Source: Paragordius varius (Eukaryota; Animalia; Nematomorpha). Taken from it: a DNA stretch of 64,000 bases. The translations under genes and the position numbers were made by a program. Where the stretch lies: the NCBI GenBank assembly GCA_964247055.1, contig OZ176053.1, positions 7,192,001-7,256,000 on the forward strand, read 5' to 3'. Positions within the stretch are counted from its first letter, which is position 1. Every line of letters begins with the position of its first letter. This document shows positions 24,901-36,494 of this stretch, in pieces. The notes under the pieces were generated by a model. The model was given only the letters and a program-made list of their open reading frames with translations, did not search any database and had not been told where the DNA came from.

Positions 24901-27900
24901 AATGGACGCAAAACTTCCACTTTTTTCAGTTTTTTGAGCCATTATATACCACGAAGCTCGGTATTGAAAATTTTGAATCATTCCGCTTCCAAAATTTTTA
25001 GCTAATAATTCTCGTGTCGATGGCATTAATCTGGGTTAAAAGTATGAATGAAAAATTGAATGAATAAATATAAATAAAAATCATTGTTAAGAAGAATAAT
25101 AGGTTTGCTACTTTAAGGATGCTTCATCAAACGTAGCCATAATTAATATGTCATTCAGAGGAATATCCTCTAAAAAGATTTCAAAACTTGAACTATCTAT
25201 AAAAAAAGTAAAAACAAATGTAAATTTTGGTATTTAATTGAAAAAAACTGTAATATAAAACCTTCATTATATGTATCAAAATGTGCCATTTTATATGGTT
25301 CAAGTGTGCCAGATCGAAGTAACAAAACATTAACCCCACGTCCACCAATAAAATCAAAAGTTTGATTAAAATATCTGTAGTTTGAATAAATTAATGGGGT
25401 ATAAATAAAAACATAAATAATCATGAGGACCTGATATTACCCTCAAGCATTCAGATTCTCCTGAAATATTAAACATTATAATTTCACTCTCTGTTAAATA
25501 GAAAAAAAAATTTTGTAAAAAAATATAAAATTATATATTACATAGTGTGATTGAAACAAAGATGTAATCCATCATTTAAGCCATGCCCAATCAAAATGTG
25601 TAAAGGATACAGACGAAATGACTCATAAGTACTTTCATTTATATTTGGTAGTTGACAAATATCATTTATCCCACAATTTAGCATTGATATGTTTATGTTT
25701 TTACGTCCCATTGCAGCATAATATGAATCAATATTTTTAACATGAGCGTCCGTGTCGGATAACATTGTTAAATTTAATTCACCAACTAAAATGGATATTA
25801 AAAATCATTCTTTTACACATTATTAAAGAAACTAATTCAAAAGTATGCAAAATGTAAAAAGTTATATAGAAGCAATTTTCGATTCAAGATAAATTTGGAG
25901 TAAATATGGCTTAAATACTTGGAGATTTGAGACACCCAGACGTTTCAATAATTTTTCCGTATGAATCCTTATCATTTTTATCTGTTTTGGTACCAATCTT
26001 GATCATAATAAAATATAAAAAAATTAAATTTCTTGAATTTGTATAATAATGAAAATAGTAAATTTTATTCTAAAATCATCAAGTAATTAACAACTATCTT
26101 TAATTTTAATGCCCGTATAAACTTATAGTTGCTCAATTCACATTATTGTTAGCCAATATGGTAATATAATAGCATATATAAAACGCTATAATTAAATCAA
26201 AAGTTGTAAGATAGGAAAAATTTGTAATTTCAACCATTTGTTCTTTTTTACCCATATTCTACCGTATTAGTAATAGGATAAGAATAATGTGAATTGGCCA
26301 ACATTAATGTGCCCACTGTGATTAAGGCAGTTGTTAGTTTTCAATAGTTTCGATAAAATATTTCTGAAAGACCCGCATCTTAATTTGGCTATAAAGGAAA
26401 TACAACGTCATCTTTTATGATTGGCATGGGGGATAATATTTGCAGGTCCAGCTAATGTATCTGCATCCTTGTTTAAAAGATCATACACATATTGAAATTA
26501 TCTTGCTTTAATTTCTATAAGCTTGGTGATTATGTTTCCCTTTTCATTTTTAATTTGCTTTTCAATTTTAATGTCGCTTTTATTTAAGATATATTTTATT
26601 TTTTTAAAAACCGCTATACTTTTCTTTTAATATCGTTTTTTTTCAAAATCTTCGGCAATTTCACAAAATTTAAAATTAATATTTTAGTTTCCTTTGTAAC
26701 ATTATTTATCGCTTACACAATATCAAAAGTGAAAGTGAATTTATTATTCAAAATGTAAACTTATAAAACGATGGGTATCTTTTAGGAATATCGTATAGAG
26801 AAGAAAATTAGACAACAGAAAAAGGTCCATAAAATTGCTCTGAAAGAAGAATGTTGGTGTGAATACGATACGATGCTGTTTGTTCAAGTATTGAACTTAT
26901 TAAAATGTACTAACATCAAAGGAATGTAATAAATAAAAATTTTACATGTAATAAATGCAATAGTGGTATAAGAAATATACAAGCTCAAAGCGCGTCAGTA
27001 CAAATGATGAATCAATAATCTAAATGACCTAGAATAATAAAAGACCTGTTATATGTGGGACCAATTCAGCAATAATCACAAATGTGAAAAAAAAATTAGA
27101 TATCGCGTTAACCAAAGATGTGCTAAGCTTCACCGATTAACAATTTCAAAAAGTCCTTTCGCATAAAAGGTAAGATATAAAAGCGACAATTCGACCAGCA
27201 TTCCTATATGTAGTAAGACATGGGCAACCATACAGAAGATAAGTGCTTAGTAAATATGGCGAGAGAGTGAACAGTAACGCCAAAACTGCGAAATATGGAA
27301 ATATTATTATAGAATATGCTATCCCAAATACGTTTTGATGGTAACATTAAACGGCATGGCGAAAGTATAATTAAAATGCTAGAATTGAATCCTGAAAGAT
27401 AAAATATGAAAAGATGACCGCAAAAAAACTGAAAGAGATAAATAATTCACACAAAACTTTAGATATACATGAAATGACATACATGAACCGAGAAAAGTAC
27501 AGATAAGTTTTAGTAAATGATTATACATCAAATCGTTACTACAAAAAAATGGATGATGAAAATTAAAATTGAATAATAGTAAAACTCTCTACGGCCAAAA
27601 AGCAATGCGGCCTTACTTGAATTTTTGATGAGAATTCTCACAATAAAAAAATTTGGATGGTGTAAAATATATAATGCGATTATTTAACCTTATTCAATGT
27701 AATATATCCGATATATAATTGATTTGTGGATAAAACAGCTGTTTTAAAAGCTATTTGAACTTATCTTTTCTCTAACTACATTTATCTTATTCTACATCTT
27801 TTGCTCCCATTGGGCAAGCTGTGGAAAAAAAGCCACCCACACGCAAAAAATTTGATGAAAAATTAAAATTATTATAACTAACCTTCCTAAATATATCAAA

Positions 27901-29308
27901 ATAACTTATAATAAAAGTCAAAGTCACAGCCTTTAAATCAATAACAACCCGAATTATTATTTTCTGGCAAAATAGCATTTATTAATTAGTCATTTTGTTT
28001 GCTAATGAGATAAATATAAGAAATTTAAAATAGGGAAATTAAAATAAAGCTCTAAATCAGGGGTTACCAAAACAAATGGATTCATGGGCCGCATCATACA
28101 AACATATACGGATGATTTTATAAAAAATAATAGTTAACCAAATAAAGTAAGGATATTTGAATAATAATAAATGTTTATGAGTTAAGACACGTGAATATAA
28201 AAAAAAATAATATTTTTTAGCGATAAAGATTTCAGTTTTAGTATTAATTATTTGATTACGAAAATATTTGCTATACAGTTAAGATTTTATTACAAATTTG
28301 CGTAAGACGGACAAAAGGTCGCTGAGGGCCACGCCTGCTCTATATGAATCAAACTTTATGATGCAGTTATATAATTTGTTATAATTATTCATAATTTTTG
28401 ATTGAACCGCAACTATAGCGTATTATTTTAAAATTACATGATTTATAACTATTTTACATTTTTAAAATAAAAATTTAAATAAAATATGTTATATTACCAA
28501 TTCAACAGCTTGGCAAGGCAATAATCCATACTGTCCAATAAGCATATAATTTTCGCGATAGCCCAAACTCTTAATATGGCAACTTCCAAATCGTTCAATA
28601 AATTCTCTACTTTGATCACTAAGCCTAGAGTGTAGTTTAAAGATACATATCAAGATATTGGTAAATTAGTAAGTAGTTTTATTATAAATATAAATTAGTG
28701 AATTTATAATAAGCAACACTTCACTAAAAAATGAGAAATATAGGGATAAAATAAAACTTACTTTGCGGTGCATTCGTCATGGCATAATAAAAGTATAAAT
28801 TTGAATTTTTCGATTTTCTTTAAATATTTAAGTAGTTCGAAATCTACATATTATAATAATTTATTTTAACCAGAGGAGTAGGTGTCAAATTTTGTGACGT
28901 TTGTCATAATGTCTAAAAATATTAATGTAATAATACTTGCAAACTCTATAACATACATGCCTCTAGAAGCATTAGAATTAGATATATTAATCCTAAAAAT
29001 AAATTTATAAATAATTAACCTTTTATTATTAATGCAAATTAATGGTAAAATGTTAGCTTTATAACCGGATCGTATATGATAGAATATAGAGTCATTGCAA
29101 AGACTATAATTACAATTAGGACCGAAATTGTAATTATTATTAAGCGTTAAAGTTGGAATATGATTTTTGATTTCATGTTTCGCTAAAAATTATTAAGTTT
29201 CAAACTTTGTATCAAATAATAAAGCGTTAGACCCAAACAAAAAGATGTGATTATCCATTTGTTGCGCTTTGCTAAGAAAATTTCAAAACCAAAAATGCAA
29301 TTAACCAT
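18940..29308 (-). CDS. POMGNT1-like type II membrane protein: two ILEI/PANDER domains plus a divergent GT13 domain, about 22 exons
   Basis: Exons 29308-29206, 29182-29020, 28992-28937, 28912-28871, 28843-28762, 28624-28498, 25997-25919, 25785-25542, 25374-25262, 25196-25112, 25030-24895, 22340-22082, 21912-21817, 21516-21437, 21316-21160, 21018-20978, 20910-20757, 20440-20317, 20253-20131, 20035-19865, 19479-19348, 19009-18940. Signal anchor KWIITSFCLGLTLYYLIQ; ILEI motifs RG...FDTY...DE...FGS...YR twice; GT13 landmarks DVPILVFT, VSAYNPIGF, YPDVSRVLHF. Confidence 0.82.
22388..22617. mobile_element. Short Tc1/mariner-like foldback MITE, same family as 30322-31398
   Basis: Right end atacatgactg followed by TA; arms cgttaaatgggtat...aaagctc and gagctc...atacccatttaacg; left end degenerate. 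Confidence 0.65.
23085..23770. repeat. About 690-bp inverted duplication carrying a PIF/Harbinger transposase-like fragment in each arm
   Basis: Arms about 23085-23352 and 23512-23770. The right arm reads KYPERVHDARIFENSALF (+); the left arm reads KDPVRIEDAKIFENRALF (-). Confidence 0.75.
26120..26320. mobile_element. Small Tc1-like MITE; related fragments near 5040-5130 and 14180-14265
   Basis: Recurrent aatgtgaattg(g/a)cca(a/g)cat motif; right end aatgtgcccactgt is the reverse complement of a CAGTG-type TIR start. Confidence 0.5.
26760..27500 (+). mobile_element. Degenerate LINE (RTE-like) 3' remnant in a POMGNT1-like intron
   Basis: Broken translations VGVNTIRCC and KGKI.KATIRPAFLY...TWAT, typical of the region after the RT domain. 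Confidence 0.5.
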
Positions 29309-29352
29309 CCACTTGGACCTTTGATAAATATTTCACATGATTACACTCTATA
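29309..29352. promoter_or_regulatory. 44-nt interval between divergent POMGNT1-like and GLRX5 start codons
   Basis: Predicted ATGs at 29308 (-) and 29353 (+). Confidence 0.6.
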
Positions 29353-31576
29353 ATGTTTAAAATAACCAACCATGTGTTGGCAAATTTCGGGCGAATAAGA
29401 TTTTTAACCACAACAGTGCAAAATGTTAAGGATCTCATAGAAAAATCCCCTCAAAAAGTTGTCGTTTTTATGAAAGGTCACAAAGATGCTCCAAAATGCG
29501 GTTTTAGTAATGCCGTCGTAAAAATTTTGGAGATGCATGGAGTGGATTTCCAGGATGTAGATGTTTTGGAAGATGAAACTCTCAGAAACGGTAATTATAT
29601 AGTGATGATGTAATCTAATCTTATAATTTTTTAAGTCACTGTTTATTATATTTGTTCAAAAAAATAAGTGGTTGCCGCTTTCTAAGACGGAAAGATTGGT
29701 GTTTTAATTATATTTATTTTTACTATTTATATATAATTTATAATTATCGGGATCATTATTAATTTATTTATACTATTTTTAAAAATTTCTTATTCACCCT
29801 TAAATATATTAGCTTTAATCTTGCTAAACCCATTTGCATCATTTTATTAAAATTGCCCTTTTAATTTGTTACTCGTGTTCGCTTATGAAATTTTTTCTTT
29901 CATAGAATTTTAATTGCCACTTTATAACCCAATAATTCTATATTTCAATATAACAATTATAAGCATTTTCTTCTAATTAATATAAAACAAGATTGGCAAA
30001 TGATATATGAAAATTAAATTATTCCAAATAAAAATTTTTTATAAAAAATTATAAATTTACAGGCGGTTTTTATAAGATTCCGCGAATTACCGTAAAATCA
30101 CTCTTGCTATATACATTTCGACTTCAAATAAAAAAAAACTTTTTGTTTTTACTTTAGCTCATTGTTAAATAAATTTTGTTTATAATAATTTATTGATATA
30201 TAATGAATAAAGGATATATATTGTATAGTAACGTTACCTTAGTTTTTTTTAAAAATATTCGTTACAAAAGTTTAGTTAATAAGATTGCTCCCTTTTTTAA
30301 AACAGTTCAATATTTATGTTACAGTCATGTAGACTTTATTTTATCAAATATTTACTTTTTTTCATTAAATGGGTATAAACATTTGGTAAAGAATAGAAAA
30401 ACAAACTATGGTATTAACCATATCATAATCATTAAAAGAGTAAAAGAAGTGTTGGGGAAGGGCGTCGGAAATCTTTGGTAAAAATGGAAATACACTAATT
30501 ACTAACCCTTCACTTAAAATTATTGTATAAAAGGGTTAGGAAAGTCGTAATTTTTATCTCATTTTTAATTTTTTTTTGTTAAGATATGGGAACGATTTTA
30601 AAAGGGATATTCACGATAGATGCTATATTAAATAATCAATTTGATCCGATTTCGTTAGGATGGATATCCTATTAAATAAATCATAATAAACCTATACATA
30701 AAAATCTGTATTTAAGTGGTTAATTTGTTTTGTTTAACACTTGGATACAACACATTCATTTTTAAGCTATAACCGAAAGGTAAAAATTTAGTCAACGTGA
30801 CATGTGTGCAATGCTAAAATTGAAAAATAATACAAAATAAATCGCTTTTTCCATTTCTAGCAATGTTAGATGTGATTTAAATAAAAAATTAGCTTTAATT
30901 TTACCCTTAACACTAAATGAAGACGACATTTTGCAAATATTTGGTAAAATAAAAATGGCGTCGAACTAGTTTGACATAAACCTTTTTTTAAAACAAAATT
31001 TTATTTAGATATTTTGGCATTATATAATTTTTATTAGGAAAGAAGCATATGGGACCGTTTCTCTAGTTTTTTAAAAATCCTAACTCAAATTTAGTCTGGG
31101 GTATATTTAGATACCCCAATTTGAATCTAGGTGTTAAATAAAAATTTATCAAAAAAAATTAATGTATAAAATTTTGCTAAAAAATTAACAAAAATATTAC
31201 CGTTCTCCTTTAACAATATTTTAATATTTTCATTTTTTACCAAAGATTTCCGACGCCCTTTCCCAACACTTCTTTTACTCTTTTAATGAATATGATATGG
31301 TTAATACCATAGAGCTCTTGTTTTTCTATTCTTTACCAAATATTTATACCCATTTAAGAAAATAAAGTAAATTTGATAAAATAAAGTCTACATGACTGTA
31401 TATAATATTTAGCCATAAAGGAGTACTCCAATTGGCCTACAATCCCACAAGTGTATATTAACAAAGAATTTTATGGTGGATGTGACATACTAATGCAAAT
31501 GCATAAAAACGGGGAATTAGTCAAAGAATTAAAGAAAAACGGAATCATATCACAATTATCTGATGATGTAGCTTAA
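29353..31576 (+). CDS. GLRX5: Mitochondrial monothiol glutaredoxin 5, 2 exons
   Basis: Exons 29353-29590 and 31413-31576; VVVFMKG, CGFS active site, WPTIPQVY and GGCDI motifs; transit-peptide-like N-terminus. Confidence 0.96.
30322..31398. mobile_element. Non-autonomous Tc1/mariner-like element with about 160-bp TIRs in the GLRX5 intron
   Basis: TA|CAGTCATGTAGAC...GTCTACATGACTG|TA; arms about 30322-30485 and 31236-31398. Confidence 0.85.
30734..31137. mobile_element. TTAA-flanked piggyBac-like MITE, internally deleted, nested in the Tc1-like element
   Basis: TTAACACTTGGATACAACAC...GATACCCCAATTTGAATCTAGGTGTTAA. Confidence 0.8.
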
Positions 31577-32603
31577 AGGTTGTAAAGATCTTTGGATGAT
31601 CACTTCTTAAATTTTAGATTTAGCACATATTATTAAATTATATATAGATATAATAAATTTCAAATGCAATGATTGTTTAAAATATTTTAATAAATATGCA
31701 CCTTCCAATTATTGTTTGAGACAAATTAAGTTATTCAATGGAACGATTGCCTTAAATTAATATTTAATTTACCATAATTTTTTTACCATTACTTATTTAT
31801 CTCATGTAATTTTGGCATTCTTTAGGTTAAAATAAGATTTTAAATTGTGGAAGAAAACAGGTTAAATAATGGTATAATACTTAACATTATAAAGGTATTG
31901 TAAACATCAAATGCATATAAATTTATATTATACCACAAAATTTTTGAATATCTAAAATTTTCAATTATTATTGAACATTAATAAAGAAAACACTCAGTAT
32001 AGCCTCATTTTAAAATAATATGGTTAACAGATATAGAAATCATCGCATGAGCTTCTGTAATATATTATATACTAAAAGTTATTTTTACAAGCTTGTAGAA
32101 TTTAAGCTCTGTTTACACCTTTTACTGAATTTTTGATTGCAAGGAAGATTTTAAAATAATATAAACTAAAAAACCCATAATACCTAAAACATCTAATAAT
32201 CAATTAACTACCACAAATATAGTAATACATACCTCCAAAAAATAATATTTTAAATTTTTTTTAAATTAGAATTTAATATAGTTTATTATTATAAATTTTG
32301 AAGAAAGTTTTGTAATAATTTTAAACGTAAGTTTTATCCTGTCTTTTTTTTTAAAAAAATTTAAGTGGTTTGTCGCAGGGTTTTGCATTTACTCATTTTT
32401 GGTGTCTTACAGCCGAATATGTTGGGAAGCTTATTATTCATTAAAAAATTTTCCCAAGACATGCAGATATTGATCTATCTAATATCAATTATAGCCATTG
32501 CTTATGTTAATAACATGTTAGATTCAATATTTATTTTTTATATATTTTTATTATAGTATTTGAATTAATGTCGATGCGATTTATGTTTATGGTGTTTGTG
32601 TTT

Positions 32604-33357
32604 CTATTGTTTATTATGGCTTGGTGATGTGGATTCTCGTTTGATCTTGAGAGTATTGTGTAAATCTGTCATATTGAAATAAGTGTAAAAATGAATTTAT
32701 GAACGTAATGGTTAATAAAATAACTTATGATCAACCTTTTTTATATAACTTTTCATCTTGAATCGGGCTAATTTCTTTTTTTATTTTTCGCTTTTCCATA
32801 TGACTTTTATTTTTCATTTCCATTACCGAGGAATTAGGGCCTACGCCTTCTTTTCTCAGCGTCGAAGTTATAATATCTTCATCTTCTACCTCTTTGGGTG
32901 TTCTGTAATCCGATACATGATCAACTCTAATAACTCGATTTAGGAGCTATAGTATATATATATGAAATTATAATTGGAAATAAATTAATATAAAAGTGCT
33001 ATACTAACTTTAATTCCATTAAAATTATCCACAGCAAGTATAGTACTACGCTGATCTTCATAACATAAAAATGCAAAACCTTTGCTTTTACCCGTAACTT
33101 TATCGCGATTTAAATTAATATCTACGATTTCTCCAAATCTTAAGATAAAAAAGTAAATACTGGGAGAAAACACATATAATATCCCCTTCGGTCAAATCAT
33201 ACGGCAAGCCGCCAATAAAAATGTAAGCGCTATCTTTATATTGTTGATGCCACGATTTATCTATACTGACACCTAATTGCTCTTCAATCTCATTCAATCG
33301 CGTTATATTTTTTACATTGCTATATTTTAAAATTAAGCCTTACGTTAGAGGGTTCAT
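32604..33357 (-). CDS. RBMX2: RNA-binding motif protein X-linked 2 (Snu17/Ist3, RES complex)
   Basis: Exons 33357-33344, 33319-33161, 33138-33009, 32946-about 32736, about 32665-32604 (3' end uncertain). [76 protein letters not shown]. Confidence 0.94.
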
Positions 33358-34776
33358 TCATGTAAATATAAACAAATTTACAATTTGGATAGAACATATT
33401 CGTTTCACTTCGATTCAAATTGGGGTATTTAGGTACCCCAGGCCTGTTAAAAATGAAATACTTTAAAAATATAGAATAATTTGTAAACATGGCAAAAGTT
33501 TTCGCTAATATAACATAATGAACCAAAATTATTTAAATCTTGATGTTTGGCAAGTAATTTATGGATCTTTTTTATAACTTATATAACAAAATAAGTTACA
33601 GTTGAATGGTTAACACATTATTTCCTTTTAGAGAAGTTGTATTTTACGTACATTTAAAAAGTATCCATGTTCAAATATAAAATTACCCATTCACTGGTTT
33701 CATATTGTATTAAAAATATTTTTAATATTAGAAATTGAAACAAACTCATCATCTTAAAGCTTCGTCCATGTTGCATTGTTTAAACAGATACTGGCAAATA
33801 TTTTTGGCTAGAAATCAAATAGCATTACATAAATTAGCATTTTTCTAACTAAACATCACTTCATGAACTTTTCATCCTTTTGTCCTATTGACATGTTAGG
33901 GTATCTTTAAATAAAGCCGTTGTTAATAAACTGCTGTTTTGAAAAATTGTTATATTGTTCTCATGTAATAGAAGAAAAGATTATATTTGAAGTTTGTGGC
34001 TTCTAGAGTCTGTAATTGGGACACTCTAGGATTTAGACAAACGATATCAAATTCAAATATTAAGCTTTTGCTGGTAAATTATGCCTGAACGCTTTTTAAA
34101 GTTAATAATATATTTTTAACCATAATATTCAGTTATCTACCTGTTGCATTAGCTATAAAGAAAACGAGCGGCAAAATAGTAATGATGATTCGTTACAATT
34201 TTAATTGTTAAAAAAATTTCTTTTAAGATATTTAAATATAAAATCGATTATATAAGTATTCCAATAGGTCGTGGGGTGTAAATATTACAAATTTCACAGC
34301 AAATTTTAAATAGTTTAACTTAATTAAAAAAATAAACGTCGAAGTATAGTGTCTTTTCTTAATTATGTTCTTAGATCAATAATAATATATAATCAATACT
34401 CACTTTAGTGGGAGACTTTTTAGTAAACTTCAATTTTGCATATATGAAATTATTTGATTAAAAGTGTTTCTATTGGCTCAAGAATGCTCTTTTCAAGAAA
34501 GATTGTACCAAGATTTATATGGAGCTTTTAGTTTTGCACTTGCGATCTATGTAAAAAAAGTTATAGCCCTTTTTCGGTAATATCAAAAAGTTTTGGGCCG
34601 CTAAGGTTTTAAAATTTGGTTCGGATTTAAGTAAGTTAGTTCGATGCAAAATTGCAATGTCTTAAAATTCTCAATTTGTATTAGATTATAGTATCAAAAA
34701 AAATATTTTAATAAATGCATATTTAGCTTTAAAATTAAGCAATATTTTTCTAAAACATTCATGGTTGGCAGCGTGG

Positions 34777-36238
34777 AAGGAACAGTAAAAAAACACTATA
34801 TAATACTGCTGAAAATTTCACCTTAAAATTTTGATTTAAATATTTTTTTGATTTAAAATTTGAGTAGTTAAAAAAAATATATATTTAATTTAACACCTCG
34901 ATTCAAATTGGGGTATCTAAATACCCCAGACTAAATTTAAATTAATATTATTAAAAAACTACTGAAGGAAACGGTCCCAATTTAATTTATGCTTTTATCC
35001 TGATAAAAATTTTATAAATATGCCAAAATATCAATTTTGTTTTAAAAAAAAGTTCCATCTCAAACTACTTAAACGCCATTTTTATTTTACAAAATTTCTG
35101 CAAAATATCGTCTTCATTTAATTTTAAGGGTAAAACTAAAGCTAATTTTTTATGTAAATTACATCTAACATCGATAGAAATAGAAAAAGCGGTTTATTTT
35201 GTATTATTTTTCAATTTTACAATTTGACACATGTCACGTTGACGAAATTTTTGCCTTTCGGTTTTAGCTTAAAATAAGGAATATCAAGTATTTTTGAATA
35301 AAATTTTTTATATATATCGATTTATTAATGTTATATAAGTGCAAAATTTTGCCATGGTTTCGATTCCTTCCATACTTTTTAAAGTATTTGATTTTAAACA
35401 GGCGGTATCCAACTACCCCAATTTGAATCGAAAGACTAAAAGGAGTGTGTTTTCAGCAACATCGATATATTGGTTTTTATATCATTGCATATGTTTTCAC
35501 ATCAAAATACCATAAAATCGAGTTCAACAGATTTCGCTAAAATTTGAATTTTAAACCAATGTTTTTAAAAATTTTTATGATACCTATATTGACAATTGTT
35601 ATTGTATATCTCGGCACTTTTGCTGTTATTTTATAAAATAGCAGCCCAATTACGTGGTCCAAAAAGTTAAACTATTGACAACCCACATCTAAGAATAAGA
35701 AAATACTAGGGTGTTTAATGGTGCTTTAGTTAAGTACGATCGAATAATACCTTTTTTCCCTTTTATAGTAAGGAACAGTAAAAAACACTATATATAAGCA
35801 GATACTGATAAAAATTTCACCTTAAAATTTTGATTTAAATATTTTTTCTATTTAAAATTTGAGTAGTTTAAAAAAAATATATATTTAATTGAAATGATAA
35901 TCGATTATTGAAAGATAGAATTCAGCAACATCGATATATTGGTTTTTATATCATTGTATATGTTTTCACATCAAAATACCATAAAATCGAGTTCAACAGA
36001 TTTCGCTAAAATTTGAATTTTAAACCAATGTTTTTAAAATTTTTTATGATACCTATATTGACAATTGTTATTGCATATCTCGGCACTTTTGCTGTTATTT
36101 TATAAAATAGCAGCCCAATTACGTGGTCCAAAAAGTTAAACTATTGACAACCCACATCTAATAAGAAAATACTAGGGTGTATAATGGTGCTTTAGTTAAG
36201 TACAATCGAATAGAACCTTTTTTCCCTTTTATGGTAAT
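34777..36238. repeat. Local direct duplication (A-B-A'-B') with a TTAA MITE in the first copy only
   Basis: A 34777-34889 matches A' 35770-35890; B 35452-35770 is nearly identical to B' 35921-36238. Confidence 0.85.
34890..35451. mobile_element. TTAA-flanked piggyBac-like MITE, one end truncated
   Basis: TTAACACCTCGATTCAAATTGGGGTATCTAAATACCCC at the left end; gtatccaactaccccaatttgaatcg near the right end. Confidence 0.8.
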
Positions 36239-36494
36239 GGCTCAATATCAAAAATTCGCAAAATTAAGCATACATTTAATAAATAAAATTATTTTTTAGC
36301 AAAAAGTAGATGCTTAATTTCAAAAAAGTAGTTATTAAAATTTATATTTGGAAAGCTATAATATTTTAACACATTTTTTATATGCTTCAAAAATTAGCTT
36401 TTCGAGTCCCTAAAAGCGGGATTAAAAGATAACTTTTATTTTCTATAATCTCACATCAAAATAAATTTTCGAAAAAAATCATTTGTTTTAAATA

